A stretch of DNA of 64,000 nt from Raillietiella orientalis (lineage: Eukaryota): assembly GCA_036172245.1 (NCBI GenBank), contig JAYWIR010000064.1:372001-436000 (forward strand), given 5' to 3'. Below, one piece after another: positions 53,542-64,000 of the stretch. A program made the translations under genes and the position numbers. The notes beneath the pieces are model-generated. The model worked only from the letters and a program-made list of their open reading frames with translations. It ran no database searches and was not told where the DNA came from. Every line of letters starts with the position of its first letter. Position 1 is the first letter of the stretch.

Positions 53542-56504
53542 CATATAAAAAACAATCTGTTTCAATTTCAATCATTTCTGCAGCCTAGTAGTTTCTCGAT
53601 AGGAAATCGGAGCAAAACTTGAAGAACGCCCATAAACATTACGTAAATTTCAGTAGTTCGATTTGAGAAAATTAAAATGTGAATTCAAGAATCGTTTTCT
53701 GGATCTACCAAGCGTTAAAGAAGTTTAATTTCCAAGAGTCTACTGACTTAATTCCGAAATGTGCAACCAAAAAGAGTTTCGAAAACTAGTTTTACACAGG
53801 GTAAACGCACGCATTGAAAGCTTACTTTTAAGACAGGAGAAAAAAAAAAAGAAAAGAGGATCAAGAAGAGTTAGTACTCGGTGTGGAATGCATAGCAATA
53901 GTCTCTGCACGAGAAAGAATCTGGAATCCTAGAAGCAATCCATCTCAATAATCGAAAGCTATGGAGTCAAACTCAATGCAAGAGTGCCGATTGCAAAACT
54001 CTTCGGAGAAACTGCATAAGAAGTTTTCTCCCAGAGGACTATTTAGATTCAACATGCGAAGAAGTTATATTTAAGAACACGGAGAGATTGATAGCACAAA
54101 TATTCACATGAAGGAAGGTTTCAAAGACGCAGAGCTGGATTGCAGTTATTCCGAAGAGATGTGGCAGAAGATTCAGATCCGATTCAGTCATCATCAAAGT
54201 CATCTTCGTAAATGGGAGAGAGATTATACAAAAACTGTAGTCGTGTACGTGAGAGAAGATAGCAAAACGAAACTCATTCCAAGAAAGTGAAATAAGCAAA
54301 ACAAGGAGTCATAGATATGGTGAAAAGCATTTACCAAAACTCAATGAGCATCCATCTCTTGATTCAAATAAAACAATTTTTTAACACAATAATTTTGCCC
54401 TAATAACATGAACAAAATTCGGTTATTCTGATTTTATAATTAACTGATGACAAATGTAAACATATTAGCTCTACATTAAAAACCTAGTCAATTAAAACAA
54501 ATAGTTTGAATTTTTTTTTTCCACAGCAATTTTTAATTCATAAAATGTTCGGAGAAAACAAGCAAATGAGGTCGTTCTTTTGAGGAAGACTTGCTTATGG
54601 TTGAAAACATCTATATCTCTTTACGGTAATTTGGTGAAGGCAACCCGTTTACAATTATCTGCAGTAGGTAGATAGCAGATTAAATTAATCATCATCGTGG
54701 AATGATGAGCAGATAATACAACAATAAATTCTTCTCCAGTGAAACAGGATTTGCTCATATTTAGTAGTCGTACTGTTTATGGTCATAAGTGGTTCCAAAC
54801 CGCATATACTCCAGATTGGCAACACAGTATGAGTCGTTTTCCTTTTTTCCGTGGTTCAAAACACCTCGCTTGTACATGCAGGAAAAAACATAAGCCACTT
54901 TATGGTTTTTAATGATTTATGTCTCAATGAACTTCTGAAGCATAGGCTTACAAGTAGAAAACAGTTCTAAAGACGAGGAGCAAATCAGGTCACGAAGATT
55001 GTGGCTTGTTCGTCAGATTAAAGTAATGGAATATTTTCAAGAATAGAGTTGCTTCAAACACAATTCATGGAAAACATTGAAATATGTCGAAAGTTTAAGA
55101 GTTAACCTTCAGAAGCAATTTGATTAGAGCAAATCATCATTTAAGATGCTGAAATGATGCGAGAAATGATGCAAGAAATGATGTGAAGATATCGCATGCA
55201 CTAGTTTGAAAGAATCATAAAATGAAAGAAGTGTTTAAGAATCCCACTAAAAGAATAAATACACTTCAATTGTATAGCAGCAAGCTTTTCCATTAGTTAA
55301 TAATAACACAATTTCTTCTAAGTTGGTTTTTTTATATATCTAGGATTTCAATACATATATATTTTTTTAAATAAAAATATATTTTACAGCTAACGGTGTT
55401 CCATCTGATTTTAAATTTCTAAGTGATTATCATATCCCAGAGTCCTAATATTCGTGCATTCATTCTGAGAATTCGAAAAATGCCAAGTTTGAAGTTATAT
55501 CACAAGATTTTCACATAAAGTAACTGAATTCATATCATAATACCACTGTTTCCTTAATTTCCTGCCACTGATTTTGAAAATATATAGTTGTGAAGTAATA
55601 TGAAATTGTACTTAGGGAATATCATTTATGTATTCTAGGGAAGCGTTCATTATGTCTACTCAGATTGAATAAAGAAATGAAAACTCTGTCACATTTTGAA
55701 CACTTATATTCGTTATTTACCATTCCATTTTCCTAGACAAAAGATCTCGCGCTACATTCTGCACGAAGACGCTAAACGAGTCAAAACTTTCTTTACAAAG
55801 GTGACAGAAATATGGCTATTATGACATTCTAAATTGTACCGTCAATGGCAAACACGTGTCGATGAAGTACTCACTTTATTTAGACTCACAGCAGTTGCAC
55901 TGAGTCTATCTTTCAGCAACCAAAAACTACATAAATATTTCGCGGTTTCCGATTATGTGAATATATTTACAAAGTGACCTGTAAGAAAAACCAAAACTTA
56001 TCGCCACACTTTTAATCCTCAGTGCAAAAGTCTCATCAGCCTTGCTTCTGTTCTGCCATCAGAAGATTGTCAACACTAAGCACGATAAAAGGGTATGAGG
56101 AGCCTATGAAAAGTTCCTCCGTGTAATGCATTATTAAATTGTATACTTAAACAATAGAAACGAACAGTCTCCAAATAATCTTGGGACCTTTCATATACTT
56201 ATCAAGATTTTCCGTTAGTCAATAATTACAAAGTTTCCTCTAGATTGCTTTTTTTTGATGTGAGTGGGATCATAACATATATTTTCATGTTTTCGATCAT
56301 GAGTCAATTGTCATCGTATCATTTGTTTTGAAGTAATTCGTGCATTATTAATTTAATTGCTGTTGTTTACTTATGGGATTGTAATTATTTCGATGTTATG
56401 ATTTCAATTACTAGTGAGAATTACTATTTTGCATTATTATCCTAAATGGTTTGTTCATTTTTCCATTTAATGTTCCTAAACATGCTTGAAAATTTCTCAA
56501 CACG

Positions 56505-56604
56505 AATGTTTTGAAATTGGATCTTTTCCGTGAAAAGTGACTTGGTTACCAATAGCGAAATTCTGTACCACATGCACCTTACAGTATATTATTTGCGAAA
56601 TTGC
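56505..56604 (+). promoter_or_regulatory. Putative DDX10 promoter / 5' UTR exon
   Basis: AATGTTTTGAAATTGG (56505-20), TTGGTTACCA (56542-51) and CACATG E-box (56569-74). A donor GTAAGA at 56605 can pair with the acceptor at 56697, just before the ATG. Confidence 0.4.
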
Positions 56605-56709
56605 GTAAGAACTGCAGATTAGTTTAGTTAGTGGTTTCATTTATAATTTCTATTCAAAGCCCTTTGTGCTATTGAACTGTGAAATGTTCGTTTTTAGGTG
56701 AAGGTTTGG

Positions 56710-59308
56710 ATGGTAGAAATGAATGAATCGTATGAATCAAAGGGTAACTTTATTTCTACAAAATCTAACCACTCTTCTCATGGCAAAGAGTTTAACGAAA
56801 GCAAGCAGTTTACCAATACGAAGGATGAAGTAAATCATTTGAATTTCTTATGTAACGTGGTAAGAGCAAGCGTTTGTTTTATCACCTGTGTATTTTCTCA
56901 TTTACTGTGGTGTATGGAAAAGCTGTGTTACGCATAAGCATCGCATGTTTTCATAAGGCTGATTCTCAGTTACATCCCAATTGATATCATTGTTTTATTT
57001 GTGCAGATTGCTAAGAAACAAGTGGAGTTATTTGATGACCTTCCACTTTCCCACAGAACCAGGAAAGGTTTAAAAGATTGTGGATATGTAACTCTTACAA
57101 AAATTCAGAAGGAGGCCATTCCATTAGCACTCAGTGGTGTGGATATTTTGGGGGCAGCGAAAACTGGATCGGGGAAAACATTAGCCTTTCTTATACCAGT
57201 GAGTGTGGATTGGAAAGGAATTTTGATATTTTTAATGTAGATGTTAGAATTATTATTTCGTTCATCATGGACATATTTTGATGGAATAGGTGCATTGATT
57301 ATTACGCCAATTCGAGAACTGGCTTACCAGATATTTGAAGTGTTGAATAAAGTGGGAAAATATCATGATTTTTCAGTTGGATTGATAATAGGTCTGACTA
57401 GCAAGAATAGTGCCACAATTAAAATCGAGAAATTTTTAGGAGGGAAAGATTTAAAATTTGAAAGCAAGCGACTGGATCATTGTAATATTATAATTGGAAC
57501 TCCAGGAAGATTGTTGCAACATATGGATGAGAATCCCTTGTTTGATTGTCTTCATTTGCAAGTGATTATCTTGAAATTGTTTACATTCAGTTATTATTTT
57601 GTTAAAGATGCTTATTTTAGATGAAGCAGACAGAATATTAGATCTGGGATTTTCAAAAACAGTGAACAGTATCCTTGAAAATTTTCCTAAGCAAAGGCAG
57701 ACACTATTATTTTCTGCTACACAAACAAGGTAAACTTGCAAAAAGGAAAATGAAATATTCATGCAATTCATTCAGGAATGTGAGTGATTTAGCAAGACTT
57801 AGTCTTCATAACCCAGTCTTTGTATCAGTGCATGAGCATTCAATTCATAGTACACCCAAAAAGTTAAATCAAAGTTTTGTTTGCTGTCCTTTGAAATTAA
57901 AATTAGATTTTCTGTGGTCATTTCTTCGTGCTCATTTGCACCAGAAGATTCTTGTATTCATGAGCACCTGCAAACAAGTGAAATTTATATCAGAAGTATT
58001 CTGTCGTTTGAGGCCTGGGATCAGCATTCTGGCACTATATGGCACCTTGCATCAACTGCGCCGTATGGCTATTTATGATGAATTCTGCCGAAAGGAAAAT
58101 GTAGTATTGTTGGCCACAGATGTTGCAGCTAGAGGATTAGGTGAATTGTTTAATATTGAAAAACTACCCAGAAAACAATAATTTTGCATTGCAAAGACTT
58201 TCCACATGTGAAGTGGGTAATCCAATTTGATTGTCCTGAAGATGCTGCAACATATATTCACAGAGTAGGAAGAACAGCTAGGTACAAGGATGATGGTGAA
58301 GCAGTAATGTTACTTCAACCGTCAGAAGAGATTATTTTAACATATCTCGAGAAAGCACGCATCCCCATCCAGGAGATTTGGTTTGTTGTAATTGTATGTT
58401 TTCTTGCATTTTCTGTAGTGGTTTTCAGTGTTAACCCTAAGAAACTTTTGTCTGTGCAGAAGAGACTGCAAGGAATGTTGGCTAAGGATGCAGAGTTAAA
58501 GCAAACTGCTAATGCTGCTATTGTGCACTATGTTAAGGCAGTGTTTTGCATGCCAGATAAAAAGTTATTTAATGTGCAAGAACTTGATCTAGCAGGTTTA
58601 TCTCAGTCATTTGGACTTGTCATGCAACCTAGAATAAGATTCCTTAAAAAAAAGTTGCAACCTATTACCCAAAATGTATCTTCATTTGTGCATGAATTTG
58701 ATGACAGTGATGATGATGATACTTTATTTACCAAAAAAAGTGGTAATCCTGAAATCCAAAATATTCCAGAAGTTTCACTTGTTAAGAAGTCGCAAACAAA
58801 AGTGCTTACTAAAGCAGCTCTTGCAAAAAGGCTTTTAAAGAAACGCATTCATTCCAACAATCACATACTGTTTGGTGAAGAAGAAAAAGTGAGCTTTGAG
58901 GTGATTTAGTTTAATTTTTGTTATCTTTTGTCTCTAGTTGTATTCAGACATACATACCTTGCCTAGAGATGCAGCACTGGAAGAGCAGTCAGCTGATGGA
59001 CTAGATCTGACAACTGCACGCCAAGCTCTTCAACTTGAAGACAAGCATGACAAGAAACTGTTTCAAACTCGTATCAGAGATAAGCATAGGTAGGTACTCG
59101 AGATAAATTACAATAAGAGTGTAATCCATGCTTCCTTGCAAGGAGAGAAAGACTGAGAACTCGAGCCACTCAACAAATTAAGAGGGCAAAGCAGGACTGT
59201 GGAGTTCAGCTCAGCATAACAAATGATGAGTTGAGTGATACATTTGAAAAACCAAACTCCCAACTTCATGATGATGAAAAATTAGTACTGAAATTATTAA
59301 ATAGATAA
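56710..59308 (+). CDS. DDX10: DEAD-box RNA helicase DDX10/DBP4
   Basis: Exons 56710-56829, 57007-57198, 57241-57391, 57440-57561, 57608-57729, 57776-58140, 58197-58380, 58429-58888, 58938-59089, 59143-59308 (TAA). Motifs [97 protein letters not shown]. Confidence 0.95.
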
Positions 59309-59343
59309 CAAGTTTATTTTACAAACAAAATACTGAGTAGCAT

Positions 59344-61535
59344 TTAGGTCACTTTAGAATACAGTGGAAAATCAGCTAAGTATACTTTATGAAGGGCTTT
59401 AAAGGCTGGATATAATCCCTTATCACCGGTACGCTGATTTATGCCAGTTGCATAGCCATTCCAATGATTGCCAGCAATGTTAATAAGATCACCTGGCTGC
59501 AGTTCAATCTCACCCTTTTGCATGGGCTTGTGAGCAAAACGAGCAACATAATGGTGGACACTCTGTCCCCCATAATAATAAATGTCATCCAAAGATCTAA
59601 AAGCTTGGGAAGCATCTACATGGTGAGTTTGCATCAGTTCATATGCCAGTCGACAGACCTTGAAACAAACAAGCATGATAAATCAGTGTGTGCAAAATTA
59701 CCTGTGAAGAGAATGTGCACACTAGAAAATCACAGTGTGATAAAAAATAAATATCTTTTACAATGCCTTTCAAAGATTCCTCTCCGTAACGTGTGTCTAA
59801 CCTGGCTGTCTTGGCTGTTGTGGGTTCAGCAATTATTCTGTAATTTGTATATCTGAAATATGGATTTTTTCTTTTTCATTTTCATTGATTTCCCACTTTT
59901 GTCGAGCCTCCTCAATAACTTTTGGCTCATCAGAAGATAAATATATGGTACGTATGCTCTTATTTGTCTTCAAAAGTTTAATGTCAAAGTATTCTTCTAC
60001 ATGTTGCATGTATTCATCCAGAGGATGAAAATCAGCTTCTAGACCTACTTTATCAGTGCGCCTAACATGAACTCTACACAGCATTAATTACAATACTAGT
60101 TATGTTCTACTCACCCCACAATGGGTCGTGTAAAATTATATTCTTGAGCTAACTGATCAAGATATTCCTGAAATGTTGGTTGGAATCGCATCAAATAAGC
60201 AGCTAGTTGTCCCAACCACCAAACTATTGGCCTGCTATGCCAATTTGCCACTTTCTTCCCAATATCTGCTGGTACATGTTGTGGCAAGAAAGATGGAACA
60301 GGATTCAATAACTCAACTATAGGTAAAAATACCACTTTGGCTGAGTCACTTCCTAAAATTGACTTGCACATGCAGAAAATCACTTTTCAGCTAACCTGGC
60401 CAAGTCTGTGCCACTTCACCAGGATGCAATGCTTTGCAGGTATCACTGACTGGCAGGAAGATAGATTCCCATCCTTTGGAACTGTAATGCCAACCTTGTG
60501 CTTCAAGTATCAAAGTTCTTTGAGTACCATAAGCTACTAATAAACAATATAATAAATGATGAAACTGGCATCCAAATCCACAACCCTATTTTAATGAAAA
60601 TTTGTGCCCTTCCTTGGATTATCTACTTTTACATACTTTGTTTAAATGACAAACCAATTTTCTTGTTATGCTGCAATTTTTTGGATTCTGCAAGTATAGA
60701 AGTCGCCGTCTGATTAAACTGCTCAAGTTTTCTGCAGCAACCTTGTTCAAAAGTTCATTTTCATTTTCCTCATGCAAGGTATCCATGTCAGACTGAATAA
60801 CCCTCCAAAGGAATCATGGTCAAAAACTTGTATGGACTTATGACTATGATATAAGCTGGCATTCCTTAGCTTTGTCATTCATAAAATCTTTAATACATCT
60901 CACCTAATGTATTCAAATATTTTTTCATAACTTAAAGCTAGCTTTTGTTCAAATTCTTTTTCATGTTTTTCATCATGTATGTAGCTCGTGCCTGAGTTTT
61001 TGATATTGATGAATTCGGATTTAAGGAAATTCCCCAATTCTGCTATCTCCATCGTAATAACTTTTGAGAGCCAGTGACCATGTATATTAGGATGAACTGC
61101 TTGATCTGATGATGATAACTTTGATTTTGATTGAAAGTTTTATCTACCTTGACTAATATTCTTATGTATTTCATGATAATTATAAGATACCAGTTCCCTT
61201 GAGTTAGATATTCTAAAATGCCAAAGTAGTTCAATCATTTCATGTATTTACTGAAACTACCAATTTTTATAGCAAATTGAAAGAACATAACTATTTAAAT
61301 TCATTGAAATTAATGCTCTAAAAAAACTTACGGCGTGAGTTTTTTTAATAAGTGACTATTTCTTTCTTTCAGATCTTCTAAATTGCTTAATGCTTTCTCG
61401 AGTTTCTGTGACAATTCATCCTCTGATGAGCCGCTTATATTACTGAATGAAACAACAGATATCCAAATAAGTATAAGCCACAGCAATGCAACTGAAAACA
61501 CTATTTTCCAAAAGGGCATCAGTTTTTTGGGCATT
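59344..61535 (-). CDS. FUT8: Alpha-(1,6)-fucosyltransferase (core fucosyltransferase)
   Basis: Exons 61332-61535 (type II TM anchor), 61148-61212, 60904-61105, 60637-60802, 60396-60585, 60115-60352, 59897-60073, 59702-59852, 59344-59658 (TAA). Motifs LQNPKNC...[45 protein letters not shown] and the SH3 GNHWNGY. Confidence 0.96.
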
Positions 61536-62344
61536 GTCCACTTGGTTACTGTTTGCAAATGATATGACTTACAATAACTCTGAATACAATCTTAACGTTG
61601 AACCGGTCCTCAAGGCTACTGTATCCATGATAAAAAGATTTGGCTATATAAAACGTCCTAGATCAATCGAGCACATTGCCATTGTTTCATGGCAGTTTCC
61701 AAGGGCGCAATTTAAAAAACAAAACGTAGCAGAAGAGCAGATTTTAAAATCATGACATGTTACTCACTATTATCATTAATTTTGAGCACGGCTGCACACG
61801 ACAATTATATCCTGAATTCAAGAAGGAATACCAGTTTCTCAAGGCAAATGCCTGAAAAGCTTGCAGGTAGTAAGAAAACTAGGCAGAAACTCATAGAAAA
61901 CAGTTCTTTAACGTGATCAAAGACATCAGAAATGTAGTTTTAAGACAAAAAAGTAAACTTAATATTTTTCAATCAAGTTGTTCTTAAAGTTCATTTTATT
62001 TTTTTAAAAAGCAAGAGATAGCTTTAGCTCAGCTATCAATATCTGAAATTCGTACGAAATTTTTTTTGCTTGGCTTTCTGTATAATCAGTTTCAATCCCA
62101 AAGTAGTTTTATAATATAAAATTTTATAATACATATATTCTTTTTTCCCTGGATGGCTAACTGAGATTACTAAGGAATTTAGCAAAGCTTTAAAAAGCAT
62201 ATGTCCTTTATCTTATTGTAAAACTCAACTTTAATTTTTTATAGAATAACTAAAATAGATGGATGTCTATAAGAGCTGTCTAATGCAAATTAATTCATTT
62301 GCTTATTAAATACTTAATGTTTTTATTTAATACTCATAAAATCT

Positions 62345-62560
62345 ATCTCGACTTCATATTGTAGTCTCCTGTCACAATGGCTATAACAATGAAGTGAGAT
62401 TCAAGGATGTCTGGGCACTTATTTATCACCAAGTCCTTGAGGCGTATCCTGGACCTCTCATGTCCTCACAGAGCGTTCCTCAACAGGCCCCCGGGGCTTG
62501 GCGGAGTAGGGGGGCGGACGGACAAAAAACACGGGCCGGTAACTGCATTTGGGAATTTGG
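62345..62560. other. GC-rich structured island (ncRNA candidate or transposon end)
   Basis: Consecutive hairpins at 62345-62400, 62401-62440, 62451-62465 and 62484-62500 in an AT-rich background. PSEA-like AAATTCCCAAATGC on the - strand from 62558. Confidence 0.3.
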
Positions 62561-63938
62561 TACATCATTTTAGGTTCTAAGGATAGCATTCTGAAGTGAA
62601 ACTGAAACTTTCATTTACATAGCTTAAAGATTTAATGATCAATCAGCGATTAAGTATCATATATAAAACGGTAAAAGTTAATTCTGGGATTCTGTATTAG
62701 TAGACAGAAATACATACTTTACTAATAATACGCGGTAGTCCGACAGTCTGAATTAAGCACGTGTAAAGCCATTATTATGATTCTATTATTGTCAGACATC
62801 ATCAAGGTGATATAAGAGAAGAATCCGTTGAGAAATTTAGTAAACAGAGAATTTAGAAAATGAAATTTGGAGTGTTTCTCTTTGCCTTGTAGCTTCCATC
62901 ATTCAAATGTTAATCTGAATGATGGAAACCTAAACCTCATTGCCTAAACCTCATTGATAATGAGAATAGTTGCACAATTTTAAATTACAACTGCAGTGAA
63001 TAGCTTGTAAGACTGTAAAAAGTGTTTTTGAAAACTGCTATTATTGATCACGTCTGAGAGCCTACTCATATTCAAGGTATGAATGTAATGGATACTCCCT
63101 ATCGATCCTAAGATATTGAACGGATTCCAAATTTACTGTTTCTCAATCACAATTATCCCTTCTCAAAGATAAGAAACATTTGCGTATTGCCACTTGGTTT
63201 TCCTTTCATTACATTTTTTTTTCTTTCTCAAAAACAGTATGCAGCTTTCAGCCTTCGCTTTCCACATTAGGTATTTTGTAGTTGAAATTAACGATACATG
63301 TTTTTTTAAAATCACAGTAAACCCATGCTGGCTTACTGTCATCGAATTCCTGCTTGTGCTCGAATACATGCGTTTGCCCACCACATTATTTCAATAAATA
63401 TTTTTATTTTTTACCGTACCGATTTCTGAATGGATCACATGGGTGATCTTTCCAAGCGTTTAATTCCTGATTTTAGCTGAATCGCGCCTGGAGATAAATG
63501 AAGGCTTTTTGAAAAAATACATCTTATTTTGCTAACATTCTGTTTGACAATAGTGTCGTCACTGCATCATTTTATGCGTACTTCTTGAATGTTAAATCCC
63601 TAATTGTATTTTAAAAAAAGATTCCCCTTCAGATCTAGACCTAGATATTGATACTGTGTGATGTAATGTTATGTAATGGCAAGGAAAGAAAGTTTATAGA
63701 GCGAATGGTTTGAGAATTAAGAACTCGAGGCACACTGTTCCATGTTCTCCACTCGCGAGCGCAAGGTAAACCGAGCATTGGTATCGACGCTGTAGGTGCC
63801 ATGCTTTCGGGAATCCGATCAAAGAATCACGGTGTTAAATTATTTGTCTTAAAAAAATCCTTTTGAAATGAAAGTAATTGGATCAGTTTGGTAAGTTATA
63901 TGTGTGATATTTGGTTTTTTAATTTGCAGGTCTAGCTT

Positions 63939-64000
63939 ATGAGTAGCATGGAGAATCTAAGAACTTACATAAAGTTGAGAGAGATGAACAATTTGTGGCA
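63939..64000 (+). CDS. Probable start of another gene, truncated by the window edge (MSSMENLRTYIKLREMNNLW...)
   Basis: Clean 39-nt GTAAGT...TTTGCAG intron at 63891-63929, then an ATG at 63939 with the frame open to the end. Product unknown. Confidence 0.35.
   Translation, partial: MSSMENLRTYIKLREMNNLW

Noticed and set aside
53860..54300. Purine-rich, coding-looking stretch
   Set aside because: All frames are interrupted and no domain is recognisable; possibly a decayed element, but unsupported.
55151..55183. Three copies of a 12-bp unit containing GAAATGATG (similar short repeats at 1944-1980 and 40073-40095)
   Set aside because: Ordinary short slippage repeats with no unique spacers; not CRISPR-like.
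60904..61105. Apparent GC-AG intron or frameshift in FUT8 exon 3
   Set aside because: On recounting the A-run the frame is continuous ([27 protein letters not shown]...), so no extra intron is needed.
62451..62465. Anticodon-like stem-loop with CTC
   Set aside because: No D-arm, T-arm (GTTCRA) or acceptor stem; not a tRNA.
62484..62520. Twister-ribozyme-like words (CCTACTCCGCC, CAAGCCC) on the - strand
   Set aside because: The GCCGGTCCC and GGAGGG partner segments are absent.
62740..62760. AATTCAGACT on the - strand, like RNase P RNA CR-V
   Set aside because: No matching GGAAGGTCTGAG (5' strand of P4) at a suitable distance upstream.

Overview
Eukaryotic (metazoan, most likely arthropod) genomic DNA, AT-rich, with no prokaryotic features. 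I reconstructed six intron-containing genes by hand from GT-AG sites and reading phase. They are a TMEM24/C2CD2L-like SMP lipid-transfer gene (- strand, only the 5' part traced), a Cut8/STS1-like proteasome tether (+), ASPP (-), Cullin-5 (-), DDX10/DBP4 (+) and alpha-1,6-fucosyltransferase FUT8 (-). A seventh gene probably starts at the right edge. Most introns of the compact genes are tiny (39-57 nt), often with weak polypyrimidine tracts and AAG acceptors. Non-genic features include a piggyBac-type MITE, a (TG)n(AG)n microsatellite and several palindromes. The best unexplained signal is a ~470-nt hairpin-dense island at 51.94-52.41 kb, where G-U wobbles favour a + strand RNA that I could not assign to a known family. 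A second structured island lies at 62.35-62.56 kb and a pre-miRNA-like hairpin at 20542-20607. Protein identities come from remembered family motifs, not from a database search.
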